A stretch of 64,000 nt of DNA, taken from the IMG/VR virus record IMGVR_UViG_3300043384_000010, positions 26,317-90,316 of that record; one strand, written 5' to 3'. Positions 28,909-38,257 of this stretch are shown piece by piece; the first letter of the stretch is position 1, and every line of letters begins with the position of its first letter. The notes beneath the pieces were generated by a model. It searched no databases, had not been told where the DNA came from, and saw nothing but the letters and a program-made list of their open reading frames with translations. Position numbers and translations under genes: made by a program. The stretch is from a virus. Its lineage: Duplodnaviria > Caudoviricetes.

Positions 28909-29023
28909 CAGGCGCTCACCTCAGACAGTGCCCGCAGCGGCCAGTCGCCGCACACGTCATCGGCTGGCTTTCCTACGCTCCGCAGGTAGGCCGCGAACGA
29001 CGCCTGCCGTTCCGCATTCCAGC

Positions 29024-29602
29024 TCACGACTGGACCTCAGACATGTCCACGGTGACCTTCGCGGTCAGGGCGCCCGGCTTCACCCGGATCCCGGGGACAA
29101 CCTCCCCGGATGAGGTGTCGATGACCTGACCGTCGTCGGTCGCGGTGAGTGCCCGCTTGGCGTCGCCGAGGGCGAACCGCTCCTCAACCTTGACCAGCTC
29201 CGGCCGGTGGGCCAGAGCCCACGTGATGGCCATGTCGGTGTCAACTTCCCAGCCCCCTCCCACGGTGGTGGTCCGGATCGTCGCGTATGGGGTGCTGACC
29301 GACTTCTGTCGCCCCCCGGACTGCTCCCGGACCCACAGGGCATAGTCGGTGAGGAGATGCTCGAAGAACGCGGCGTCCCGGGCCAGTGCCTCGTCCCGTG
29401 CGGCACCCCACGCCTGCGCCCGCTCCACCTCAGCGGCCACGACAGCGGCGATCTCCCGGCGCCTGAGCTGCACATCCCGGAGCTTCCGGCTCGCCCACAC
29501 GGCCTTGCCGAGGACGTCAACCCGGAACCCTTCCCGATCCGCATCGGTGACGGGGACCTCGTACAGGTCCGGAGCCGACGTCAGATCATCCACGGCGGTC
29601 AT
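29024..29602 (-). CDS. Mu Gam-like host-nuclease inhibitor
   Basis: AVWASRKL...FFEHLLTDYA...KSVSTPYATI...LVKVEERFALGDAK. Confidence 0.75.
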   Translation of the reverse strand: MTAVDDLTSAPDLYEVPVTDADREGFRVDVLGKAVWASRKLRDVQLRRREIAAVVAAEVERAQAWGAARDEALARDAAFFEHLLTDYALWVREQSGGRQKSVSTPYATIRTTTVGGGWEVDTDMAITWALAHRPELVKVEERFALGDAKRALTATDDGQVIDTSSGEVVPGIRVKPGALTAKVTVDMSEVQS

Positions 29603-30621
29603 GCCGCACCCGCCAGAGCCTCAGTCTTGGACCGCAGCGACTCCAGGACAGCCCGCAGGCCATCCATGTCTGACGTGTCACCGATCCGCTCACCCCCGTG
29701 GGCTTTACCCCAGTCCTCGGCGACCTGATCCTTCGTGACGTTCACTGCGGCGCAGGCGTCACCGATCTGCGCGAGCAGAAGCGCCTTCGGATCGACCACC
29801 TTCACCCCAGAGTGCTGCCGATCCCCAACCTGCGCGTCCCTCAGGCCGAGGTCACGCCACAGTTTGTCGACCATGAACTTGGGGAGTGGGATCCGCTCCG
29901 GGATGTTCATGCGGGTCGTCCGAACCCCGGTCAGGTACGCCTTGCCGCGCTCCGGCATCTGCACGATCCCGCCCACGTCGTACGGGAGGGACTTCTCGGC
30001 CTTCACCTTGAGCCCCTTCGACCCGTCCCGGGCGGGCTGCCCGTTGACCATCACGGCGACCTCCTCCAACCGTGCCGTCACCAGTGAGGGGCCCTGGTGG
30101 GCGCGGATGGCGTCCATGACGTTCGCCCACCGCCCCTTCGCGACGTTCCACAGGTCCATGTGGATGTCGGCCTCATCGGCGGGCGCTGGACGGTTCGCCT
30201 TCCGGGCCTTCTCCGCAGCCCGTCGGTTCGCCGCGTCCTGCGCCATGTCGCACAGGAGATCCCACAGGCGGGTCATCGAGTCGACGACGATCAGGTTGGG
30301 TTTCCCGTCCACCTGCGGCTGTTGGGTGGCCCATTCGACGGCGGCGAGGATGTCCCGGTAGGTGCCGTCATGTTCGACGATCTCGAAGTTGGCGCCAGTG
30401 ACGTTGCCGTACTCGTCGGGGTCGTCCTCGCCGATGCCGATCCACAGGGTGCGGCCGATCAGGTCGGACCCGGACGCCTGAGCGCATGAGTAGCTCTTGC
30501 CGCTCTTCTCTGCGCCTGCGAGGAGGAGGATCGGCCAGGATGGGAGGCCGGTGGGGCGGCGGGTGCGGCGGTCCCGTTGACGGGCCAGCGCTGCCGCTGG
30601 CGCTGCGGTGGTGACGGTCAC
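29599..30621 (-). CDS. AAA/RecA-like single-strand annealing ATPase (Sak4-like)
   Basis: LLAGAEKSGKS, LIVVDSMTRLWD, DLWNVAK, EKSLPYDV; adjacent to Gam. Confidence 0.75.
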   Translation of the reverse strand: MTVTTAAPAAALARQRDRRTRRPTGLPSWPILLLAGAEKSGKSYSCAQASGSDLIGRTLWIGIGEDDPDEYGNVTGANFEIVEHDGTYRDILAAVEWATQQPQVDGKPNLIVVDSMTRLWDLLCDMAQDAANRRAAEKARKANRPAPADEADIHMDLWNVAKGRWANVMDAIRAHQGPSLVTARLEEVAVMVNGQPARDGSKGLKVKAEKSLPYDVGGIVQMPERGKAYLTGVRTTRMNIPERIPLPKFMVDKLWRDLGLRDAQVGDRQHSGVKVVDPKALLLAQIGDACAAVNVTKDQVAEDWGKAHGGERIGDTSDMDGLRAVLESLRSKTEALAGAA

Positions 30622-30890
30622 GACTGGTCTCCTCGGATGGTGACGTACGGGGTGAGGGGACGGCATGGGACGTACACCCATGTGCCGTCGGGGGTGCGGC
30701 CGCTGTATTCCCGGCCATGCAGCTCCTCGGCGGCGTTGATCTCGGTGGCGTGGAGGTCTCGGAGGATGCGGGCTGCGTCCCGCGATGGGCGGGTGTCCTG
30801 TAGGGAGATGACCTGGACCCCGGTGCCGCCGAGGTAGGCCACGGTGTGACCGGCGGCGCGGAGCCGCATCGCCGTGGTGGCGGCGGTCAC
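30618..30890 (-). CDS. Hypothetical protein
   Basis: Coupled ORF. Confidence 0.5.
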   Translation of the reverse strand: MTAATTAMRLRAAGHTVAYLGGTGVQVISLQDTRPSRDAARILRDLHATEINAAEELHGREYSGRTPDGTWVYVPCRPLTPYVTIRGDQS

Positions 30891-31206
30891 CGGGTGACCC
30901 CGGTCCGGTCCGTCTGGTGACGTCCGGGCGTGGGGCGGTCTCCGGTCTTGGCTGGTCCGTCCGCGCGGTGTTCAGGTCGGGACGCCTGCGTGAACCAGGG
31001 TCCGGTGGCGCTGGTGGTGTCGGTCATGGGATGCTTCCTCCTGAGGTGGTTCGGAAGAGGGCTGTGGCGGTCCTTGGAGGGGTCCTGGTTGAGGCGGTAG
31101 GTCGCCTCCTGGGGCCCCTCCTGCCGTACCGGGGGCGTGTTGCGTTGTACCGCCATCATACCGCTACGGAGCGACACCTTCTAGAGACACACCGTGTGTA
31201 ATCGCA

Positions 31207-31278
31207 GGTCACAGCCCGTGACCGGTATGCGCGTCAAGTCCGGTATGCTTGACCCGCCGCCCCCCTCCGCGCCACCAT
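31207..31278. promoter_or_regulatory. Immunity switch region: palindromic operator and repressor promoter
   Basis: GGTCAC-N5-GTGACC (31207-31223); CCGGTATGC twice; TTGACC-N18-CACCAT (31249-31278). Confidence 0.55.
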
Positions 31279-31335
31279 GCAAGGGATTATCCCGTCACAA
31301 CCACAGGCCGAACCGCCACGGAGGCGAAACCAAAC

Positions 31336-31782
31336 GTGCCCACGAACCACCCGAATAGCCCAACCTGGCGGCGCATCGAAGACGTCCCCCGCGGGTCTGC
31401 ATGGCAACGCCTCGGGAAGGCAGCCAACGAACGACTCCGCCTACTCCGGGCATCGGGAACCCGGATCAGCCAAGAAAACCTCAGCGCGGACGGCGGTCCC
31501 TCTGGCGCATGGTTCAGACGCATGTGCAACACCGGCCAGCCCCTCGCCACCCCATTCGTGGAGGGCATCGAGAAGTCCATCGGCTGGCCCGCAGGGCAAG
31601 CCCTCAAGATCCTCAATGGGGGCGCAGATGACGCACCCCTGCCCACCCAGGACGACACCCTCAACCTGGTGTTCCCGCCAGACACACTCCCGGACGACCC
31701 CAACGACAGAGAGGACGTCCGCATCGCCGCCTACCGGGCCGCGTCCGCCCGGGTCGCCGAGCTGCGCAGGGACGGCACCTGA
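31336..31782 (+). CDS. Immunity repressor-like XRE protein
   Basis: WQRLGKAANER...SQENLSADGGPS....R......LEKSIGWPAG...IL.GG pattern; divergent from the replication operon; GGAGG RBS. Confidence 0.65.
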   Translation: MPTNHPNSPTWRRIEDVPRGSAWQRLGKAANERLRLLRASGTRISQENLSADGGPSGAWFRRMCNTGQPLATPFVEGIEKSIGWPAGQALKILNGGADDAPLPTQDDTLNLVFPPDTLPDDPNDREDVRIAAYRAASARVAELRRDGT

Positions 31783-31876
31783 CCAGGGCGCGTCGCCGTC
31801 AGTCGCCTCCCGTCACCCGGGGTAGTGTCCACCCGTGCGCCGCTCCGACAGCGGCCCCGGACGAAGGAGCACCCCC

Positions 31877-32068
31877 GTGGACGACGACGGACACGACAAC
31901 ATCCCCGCCCCCCTGGTATTCGTGTGGGACGCGGCAGGGGAGACCCTCGACGTCGTCCCCGGATGCCTCGCAGGCCTAACGATGGTCGACGGGGCCGCGC
32001 TGGAGGACGCCACTGCACGGGCCGTCACCCGGATCAGCGAGGCGAACCCCCCCACCAAGTCTCGGTGA
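31877..32068 (+). CDS. Hypothetical protein
   Basis: AAGGAG RBS. Confidence 0.55.
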   Translation: MDDDGHDNIPAPLVFVWDAAGETLDVVPGCLAGLTMVDGAALEDATARAVTRISEANPPTKSR

Positions 32069-32276
32069 TGCCTACCGATCATCCCGGGATGGTCACGGGA
32101 TACGGCCCGGCCGCCCTATTCTGGGTCGTGCTTGTAATTGCTGGGGTCGCGGTCGCCTTGTGGCGGCCCTGGCGCCCGCGCTGACTGCATGGCCTCCCCG
32201 ACGGTGGGCGGGAGGAATCCACCCGTCCCGGCACAGATACCGGGACGGGCAACCGACTGGAAGGACCCCTCATCCC

Positions 32277-32894
32277 GTGTTCCGCAACAAGATCGCCGTC
32301 GTCGTCGCTGCTCTCGCTGTCGTCGCCGCTGGTGTCGGTGTCGCCGGGTACGCGTCCGCGACCGCGAAGGCGGGCCCGAACGTGTGCCGCGCCAAGTCCG
32401 ACGACAGCCTCCACGCCCGGTCTGTCTGTCAGTCGGGCGAGGTGCCGTTCAGTGTCGCCGGGAAGGGCGCCAAGGGTGACCCGGGCGTCCAGGGCCCGGA
32501 CGGCCCCGCGGGCAAGGACGGCGACAACGCCATCAAGGTCACCAGCAGCACGATCACGCTGAACGCGGACTTCACCAACGCTGGCTCTGAGGCTGGTATC
32601 GACCCGGCGAAGATCCCCGCCGGTCACGTGTGCCGTTACCTCACCATCTCCGGGCTGCCTGCCTACTCCAGCACGGTGTCCGAGCTGGAGTTCGACAACT
32701 CTGGAAGCGCTGACGTGTCCGGGGCGTCGGTCATCGTTCGCAACGTCGGCGATGCGGCCGGGGTGAACACGCTGCCCAAGGTCCCGGGGCAGACCGCCGG
32801 GACGGCCACACGGAAGTTCGAGGTGTGCGGCAAGGACTTCGTCCAGCAGCGTTCCTTCACCGTGCGCGCCTCGGTGCTGAGCATCGTCGGCTGA
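32277..32894 (+). CDS. Secreted protein with a short collagen-like segment
   Basis: Signal peptide ending YASA; GKGAKGDPGVQGPDGPAGKDG. Confidence 0.7.
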   Translation: MFRNKIAVVVAALAVVAAGVGVAGYASATAKAGPNVCRAKSDDSLHARSVCQSGEVPFSVAGKGAKGDPGVQGPDGPAGKDGDNAIKVTSSTITLNADFTNAGSEAGIDPAKIPAGHVCRYLTISGLPAYSSTVSELEFDNSGSADVSGASVIVRNVGDAAGVNTLPKVPGQTAGTATRKFEVCGKDFVQQRSFTVRASVLSIVG

Positions 32895-32914
32895 CCTTCC
32901 CTACCGGCTGGCAC

Positions 32915-32949
32915 TTGGGGGGCCGTCACCTTCGGGTGGCGGCCCCCAA
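32915..32949 (+). terminator. Hairpin with TTCG loop
   Basis: GGGGGCCGTCACC-TTCG-GGTGGCGGCCCCC. Confidence 0.75.
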
Positions 32950-33053
32950 CTGTCGTCGGACGTGGGGTCCGGGGCGGCCAGTTGATGGCCGTAAGGGCCC
33001 GGAGCCGCTCCCCACGATGCGTGAGGTTGCGGTGTCATGCCGGGCTAGTCCGG

Positions 33054-33083
33054 TTGACCCGCCACGGGTGTGGGGCGTAGACT
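33054..33083 (+). promoter_or_regulatory. Sigma70-type promoter, conserved family copy
   Basis: TTGACC-N18-TAGACT; ATG follows at 33090. Confidence 0.78.
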
Positions 33084-33089
33084 CTACGC

Positions 33090-33335
33090 ATGACGCCAGC
33101 CGCTGCCGTGTTCCGGGCCAACACACTGACCCACCCGAACCGTGCCCGCCACGACGGCCGACAGGTCGCCGAAATCGTGGACCACCGCGGAGTCTCCCCC
33201 GCGCTGGCGGCTCTCGACCCGCGGCGCCCCAGCCCGGCAGACCACGTCAGGTATGGCGTCCGTTTCGCCGGGGGGTCCTGGGACCAAGACGGGTCGACCT
33301 GGGCCACCCCCAGGGAGATCGGCCGGACCACCTAA
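33090..33335 (+). CDS. Hypothetical protein, leaderless
   Basis: ATG 6 nt after the -10 box. Confidence 0.6.
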   Translation: MTPAAAVFRANTLTHPNRARHDGRQVAEIVDHRGVSPALAALDPRRPSPADHVRYGVRFAGGSWDQDGSTWATPREIGRTT

Positions 33336-33356
33336 CCACCCGACAGGAGACAACTG

Positions 33357-33554
33357 ATGCCCGAGGATCATCCCCCCGCAGACCCCTACCGGCACCTCCG
33401 GGTGTTCGCCGCAGCCGTCATCATCAACGTCCGGGAAGGGCTCGACGAGGACGCCACATATACGGGGACCGCCCTGAACGTCCACCTGACCGGGCTGGCG
33501 AACGGGGTACTCTCCGGGACCGCCGAACTCCCCGAGTTCAAGGGGGTGAACTAG
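33357..33554 (+). CDS. Hypothetical protein; domain shared with the C-terminus of 39518-40225
   Basis: EGLDEDATYTGT.L..HLTGLANG...G.AELP versus DEIDEDAMYPGS.L..HLTGLVNG...G.AELP. Confidence 0.6.
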   Translation: MPEDHPPADPYRHLRVFAAAVIINVREGLDEDATYTGTALNVHLTGLANGVLSGTAELPEFKGVN

Positions 33555-33676
33555 TGATCATCGGCGCGGCCGTCCTTGGCCTAACATTCGCCTACTACAT
33601 CGTGAAGGACCTGGCCGGAAAGGGCTGACCCGCCCCACCTTTGACCATCAGCCAACCAAAGGAAGGGAAGCAAGCA

Positions 33677-34153
33677 ATGCGCAACCGTGAGAGAACCCCC
33701 TGGTACGAATCCGACAACCCTGGGGCTTTCACCCGGGGTGCCGGATGGCGCGCCGGACTCATCATCGTCGCAACCGTCGCGTTCTTCATCCTCCTCGGCG
33801 CCGGCATCTGGGCGTTCGCGGTCGCCACCTCCGACGTTAAGGGCCGTGGGGACGCCACCCGCACCGTCAACTCCGGCGACAATCGCCTCGCCCAACAGGC
33901 GTACTTCGAGCAGACCTATGCGGACATCAAGGCCGCCGACCGGAAGTTGGACCAGCTTGCCGCCGACAAGGCGTCGAAGGTTGATGGCGCCGACATTCGC
34001 TACTCCGGGGCCGTCAACTACTGCCAAGGCCTAGTCGGCGACTACGACGCTGCCGCCCGCAAGCAGGTTGCCGCGAAGTTCCGCGCCGTCGACCTGCCAG
34101 CATCCATCGACCAGACCGACCCCACCAGCGACTGCAAGGAGTCCTCGAAGTGA
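33677..34153 (+). CDS. Single-pass membrane protein
   Basis: TM helix followed by a helical domain; coupled to the lipoprotein gene. Confidence 0.7.
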   Translation: MRNRERTPWYESDNPGAFTRGAGWRAGLIIVATVAFFILLGAGIWAFAVATSDVKGRGDATRTVNSGDNRLAQQAYFEQTYADIKAADRKLDQLAADKASKVDGADIRYSGAVNYCQGLVGDYDAAARKQVAAKFRAVDLPASIDQTDPTSDCKESSK

Positions 34154-34695
34154 ACGCACGCCGCACCGCCGCCACCGCCATCTCTCTCATCGCAGCCATC
34201 GGCATCCTCACCGCGTGCGCCGGCAGTGCCCCAAAGTCCAGCGCCCAGAAGCAGGGGCAGGAGCAGACCGAGACCGCATTCAAGCAGCAGTCGGCCGCTG
34301 TCCCCTACCCGGCATCCCAACTCACCGACAGCCTGGAGCGCCGCAACATCAGGGAGCGCCTCCTACGCCAGAACAAGCCCAACACGATTGGTTACGTGTA
34401 CGTGCTCGGCATGAACGGCACCTACGTCGGCTACTACGCGATCAAGGGGAAGGTGTCGTCCACCCAGTCCCAGATGACGACCACCGACCTCATTCAGTCC
34501 TGCGGACAGGGCAGCAGCTACTCGTGCGCGGTCACGGTCCCGGCGCCCGGCGACGACGGCTCCTACGGCCAGAACGAGCCCGGGATCTTCTTCTTCACGA
34601 CGGAGAACGTGATGGTCACGACGTCGATGGACTACATCGCCTCCGACCAGCCGCTACCGGTGAACGCGCCGAATCTGAACCCGACGAAGCCCTGA
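34150..34695 (+). CDS. Lipoprotein
   Basis: Lipobox LTAC after the hydrophobic signal sequence. Confidence 0.75.
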   Translation: MNARRTAATAISLIAAIGILTACAGSAPKSSAQKQGQEQTETAFKQQSAAVPYPASQLTDSLERRNIRERLLRQNKPNTIGYVYVLGMNGTYVGYYAIKGKVSSTQSQMTTTDLIQSCGQGSSYSCAVTVPAPGDDGSYGQNEPGIFFFTTENVMVTTSMDYIASDQPLPVNAPNLNPTKP

Positions 34696-34767
34696 CCCCT
34701 CTAGGTCGCCGTGCGGGGGCACGGCGCCCCCTCATCCGCCACTCCAGGAAAGGACCAGCACGCCGCC

Positions 34768-35013
34768 ATGGACACCACCCTTCGTCCTGAGCCGGGGCAG
34801 ATCTGGGACCAGAAGCCCACCGCGGGCATGATCCGGGACCGTGTCACCCGGACCGTTCGGGTTGAATCCGTCGACATCCGGTGGGTGTACGTCGCCCCAG
34901 CCGAGGGGAAGGGGCGACGCACGCACGTCGAGATCCCGAGCTTCCTCCGGAAGTTCACCCTCCGTCCACACTACGTCGACCCTGACGTCCCGGCACCCGC
35001 TGACACCAACTGA
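34768..35013 (+). CDS. Hypothetical SH3-like protein
   Basis: AGGAAAGGA RBS; PEPGQIW motif. Confidence 0.5.
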   Translation: MDTTLRPEPGQIWDQKPTAGMIRDRVTRTVRVESVDIRWVYVAPAEGKGRRTHVEIPSFLRKFTLRPHYVDPDVPAPADTN

Positions 35014-35053
35014 CCAGGAAGGACCCAATCAGGAAGGAACTATCAACTCCGCC

Positions 35054-35269
35054 ATGGCCGAATCCAGTGTCACCGCCGACCGACTCGCCACCCACACCAA
35101 GCCCGTCCGGGCCATCCTCGACCGCTTCGAGGCTCGACTGTTCGAGGAACTCGCCAACTACGCCTCCCGTCACAGCCTGACCGACCAGGACATCGAACTC
35201 CTCCTCGACGGCGACCTTCACGAGACGGACATGGCCGAGAAGTACGGCAACTGGGCCGAGGAGGGCTGA
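35054..35269 (+). CDS. Hypothetical acidic protein
   Basis: Codon pattern and position in the operon. Confidence 0.5.
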   Translation: MAESSVTADRLATHTKPVRAILDRFEARLFEELANYASRHSLTDQDIELLLDGDLHETDMAEKYGNWAEEG

Positions 35270-35337
35270 CCCGCCATGCCCTACACCAGCCACGGTCACC
35301 CGTACGGGGAGACCAGCCCAGACAATTGGAGGTAACC

Positions 35338-35967
35338 GTGCCTGACCGCGGCTGTGACGGTGAGCGGGATGCCCTGGTCACGCGGCTAGCCCTCCTGCTC
35401 GGCGACCAACTGGTGGATGCCGGGGCAACAGTGGCGACCGGGTACGTGCTGAATCTACAGCGGGCAGCCGGGTCCCTCCTCAACCTCCTGGAAGCCTCAG
35501 GGTGGGGTGACATCAAAGCAGCCACGGAGGCCCTGGACTTCCGGGTCGAACTGCAGGCCGACGCCCTTCACCGACTCGGCCACGACCGGGACGGGGAGAT
35601 CATGCCGCTGGCCCGGCACCGGGCTGTCGTGGCGCAACTCCAGGCATTGCGCGCACGCGATGAGGTCGAAGCTGGGCGGATCCGGCAGGCGTACGACGTC
35701 CTCTCCCATGAGGTGGAGCAGACCCTAGGGAAGGCACTCCACTACCCCGCCTACGGGCCGGACTGGTTCGATGACGGTCAGCCGGACGGGTCTGTGTGCG
35801 TCGGCGACCACGTCCCGGAGTCCTTGGCCTGCGAGGCTGCGGAGACGATCGAGCGGCTGCGTGGTCTGCTCTCCCAAGCCTGCGACGAGATCGACGACCA
35901 GCGGGATACACCGTCAGAGGTCGCCGCCGCACTCCGCCAGCAAGGCGGCATCGCCACCCATGGCTGA
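35338..35967 (+). CDS. Hypothetical protein
   Basis: GGAGG RBS; YDVLSHEVEQTLGKALHYP..DG.VCVGDHVPESLA.EAA..I motif. Confidence 0.6.
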   Translation: MPDRGCDGERDALVTRLALLLGDQLVDAGATVATGYVLNLQRAAGSLLNLLEASGWGDIKAATEALDFRVELQADALHRLGHDRDGEIMPLARHRAVVAQLQALRARDEVEAGRIRQAYDVLSHEVEQTLGKALHYPAYGPDWFDDGQPDGSVCVGDHVPESLACEAAETIERLRGLLSQACDEIDDQRDTPSEVAAALRQQGGIATHG

Positions 35968-36205
35968 TAACTCAGGATCCGACGCGGGCTATGGGGGTAA
36001 GTTGAGTCAGTTGATCTCTCGGTTCGCGTGCAACGAGATCGACCAGGAGGAGTTCCTCACCGGCGTTGAGGGCATCGGGGATCCGCCGCCAGAGTCACCG
36101 ATGCCCAGGCTTGCGGAGACTCCCACGTCTACGCATGGGATCTCCCGCCCGCAAGATCTCCGAGATCGGGGTGCGTTGGTCGCAGCCCGGATCCGGCATC
36201 TGTGA
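35960..36205 (+). CDS. Hypothetical protein
   Basis: Overlaps the previous gene. Confidence 0.4.
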   Translation: MADNSGSDAGYGGKLSQLISRFACNEIDQEEFLTGVEGIGDPPPESPMPRLAETPTSTHGISRPQDLRDRGALVAARIRHL

Positions 36206-36253
36206 ACCTCACCCGAATAACACCTGTGGTTACCTAGCGCCGATCGTTCCACA
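36201..36253. other. Candidate attP
   Basis: Imperfect inverted repeat TGTGAAC...TAAC..GTTA...GTTCCACA just upstream of the serine integrase. Confidence 0.3.
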
Positions 36254-36299
36254 ACGACAGACGCTAGACTTCCCGGGATGTTACGGGAGGTCAACGCGC

Positions 36300-38015
36300 A
36301 TGTTAGGTCAAGGACGCGCCAGACGGGCGATCATCTACGCCCGTCAGTCCATCTACCGGGAAGAGTCTGCCAGCCTCGAAACACAGGTGGAGCACTGCCG
36401 GCAAGCGTGCGCTAGGTCAGGGTATGTGGTCGTCGGTGACCCGGTAGTCGACGCCGACCTGTCCGGGAGGTCGTTCAAGCGGCGGTCAATCGGCCCGATC
36501 ATCGACCGGGTCCGTGAGGGCGCCGCCGATCTGGTGGTCGTGTGGAAGTGGTCCCGGTGGGGTCGGAACACGAGGGAGTCCCTCAACTGGCTGGCCGAAC
36601 TGGAGGAGGCCGGGGGGCGGCTCGAAGCCGCAACGGAGGCACTCGACTCGACGACCCCCGTCGGCAAATTCAGCGTGACCCAAATGCTGGCTGTCGCGCA
36701 ACTCCTGTCCGACCAGATCGGTGACTCGTGGCGTGACGCCAGGCTCGGGATGGTCGTACGGCGGGCGCTCCCGCCAACCGGCGGCCAGCGACTGGGCTAC
36801 GTCTATGACCCTGCCACGAAGCTGTACGCCCCCCACCCGGTCGCCGGGCCAGCCATAGCTGACGCATACGACCGGTACGTCCACGGCGCGTCCGCGTGGG
36901 CGATCACCCTGCACCTGCGCGGGCGAGGCGTCACCACCACCCGGGGTGGGGTGATCACCGAACCGAGCGTGCGAGTCGCCCTCGACTCGGGGTTCGCTGC
37001 CGGAATGATCCGCCTCAACAATCCGGGCCGGATCTTCACCCCGGAGCAACTCGACAGCCTCGGGGTGGACGGGGACGGCCCAGTCTGGATCCCCAACCAT
37101 CTCCCAGACGGGGGCCGGTCATGGGAACCTCTCATCGGCCAGGACGTGTGGGAGCAGTACCGGACCAAGCACACCGAGCGGAAAGTCCTACCGCCGAGGA
37201 CCCGGAACCCGCGGCAGGCCCTCGCTGGGCTCCTGCGGTGCGCTGGATGCAACCGGCCGATGGCCTACCGTCCGGACCGAGGCAGGTGGCGGTGCCCGCA
37301 CGAGCCCGTGAAGAGCCAGGGGGAGTCATGCCCGGTGCGGGTGACGATCTCCGGTGCAGATGCCACCGATGCGGTGCGGGCGTGGCTGGCCGCCAGACAT
37401 GACCAGTCACGGGACCTGTCCGGGGAGGTGGCGCGGCGGATGAAGGGGGTCTCGGCGGTCGGGGACGTCGCTGCGATCGAGCGCGCCTTGGCCGACCAGG
37501 GGCGGCAGAAGGACCGGCTCGTCGCCGCAGTCCGGGACGGGCTCCTCGATGCGGACGACATCCGGGCGCAACGCGCCGCTATCGGGGATGCGGTGGAGAG
37601 GCTCACCGCGGACCTTGCGGCGGCCCGACGCAGGTCGGTGACGGCTGCTGTCGTGCCACGGGAGGTGTACGGGCTGCTCCTGGATTCCCTGGACGGCGGC
37701 GGTGTCCTTGATGTGGGGCGGGTGAACACGCGGTTGCGGGACGTGATCGACGCCGCGTATGTGTACCCGTTCCGGGACGCGCCGCGGGTCCGGGTGCGTG
37801 CCGTGTGGGAGGAGTGGGAGGCGCCCCGCGCAGTCGCCCCAACCCTGGATCACGTGGATGGCAGGGTGTGTCTGGGGTGCCGAGAGTGGCGGCCTGCTGG
37901 GGCGTTCCTGAGGCGCGCGTCCGGGCGCCTCATGTCCCGGTGTGCCGCGTGCCGGTCCGCCGCACACAAGGCGTGGCGGGGCGGCCGTCAGGCTGCGGAC
38001 TCGGCTCCTTCTTGA
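36300..38015 (+). CDS. Large serine integrase with extra C-terminal Zn finger
   Basis: IYARQS catalytic motif, DADLSG, WKWSRWGR, recombinase domain, LLRCAGC zinc ribbon, coiled coil. Confidence 0.92.
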   Translation: MLGQGRARRAIIYARQSIYREESASLETQVEHCRQACARSGYVVVGDPVVDADLSGRSFKRRSIGPIIDRVREGAADLVVVWKWSRWGRNTRESLNWLAELEEAGGRLEAATEALDSTTPVGKFSVTQMLAVAQLLSDQIGDSWRDARLGMVVRRALPPTGGQRLGYVYDPATKLYAPHPVAGPAIADAYDRYVHGASAWAITLHLRGRGVTTTRGGVITEPSVRVALDSGFAAGMIRLNNPGRIFTPEQLDSLGVDGDGPVWIPNHLPDGGRSWEPLIGQDVWEQYRTKHTERKVLPPRTRNPRQALAGLLRCAGCNRPMAYRPDRGRWRCPHEPVKSQGESCPVRVTISGADATDAVRAWLAARHDQSRDLSGEVARRMKGVSAVGDVAAIERALADQGRQKDRLVAAVRDGLLDADDIRAQRAAIGDAVERLTADLAAARRRSVTAAVVPREVYGLLLDSLDGGGVLDVGRVNTRLRDVIDAAYVYPFRDAPRVRVRAVWEEWEAPRAVAPTLDHVDGRVCLGCREWRPAGAFLRRASGRLMSRCAACRSAAHKAWRGGRQAADSAPS

Positions 38016-38161
38016 GTGGGGATACGACCCTCTACAGCGGCCTTGGCGACGTCATCGCAGAGCCCGCTGTAGAGACGGTCTAGCGCCTCAGGCTGGGGGA
38101 CTAGGGGGCTTGTTCTGGGCCACCCGGTCGTGTCGGTGGCGGGTTCCGTGTGGTCTGCCAT
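37988..38161 (-). CDS. Small convergent ORF, possibly leaderless
   Basis: ATG 6 nt after TACTAT; overlaps the integrase stop region. Confidence 0.35.
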   Translation of the reverse strand: MADHTEPATDTTGWPRTSPLVPQPEALDRLYSGLCDDVAKAAVEGRIPTQEGAESAA

Positions 38162-38257
38162 GCCGGGATAGTACCGCGTCAACCCGGGACAGTGTCGCAA
38201 GGACTTGCTACACTGGGGTCATTCGAAATGACCGATCCACCGACCAGGGAGATGCAA

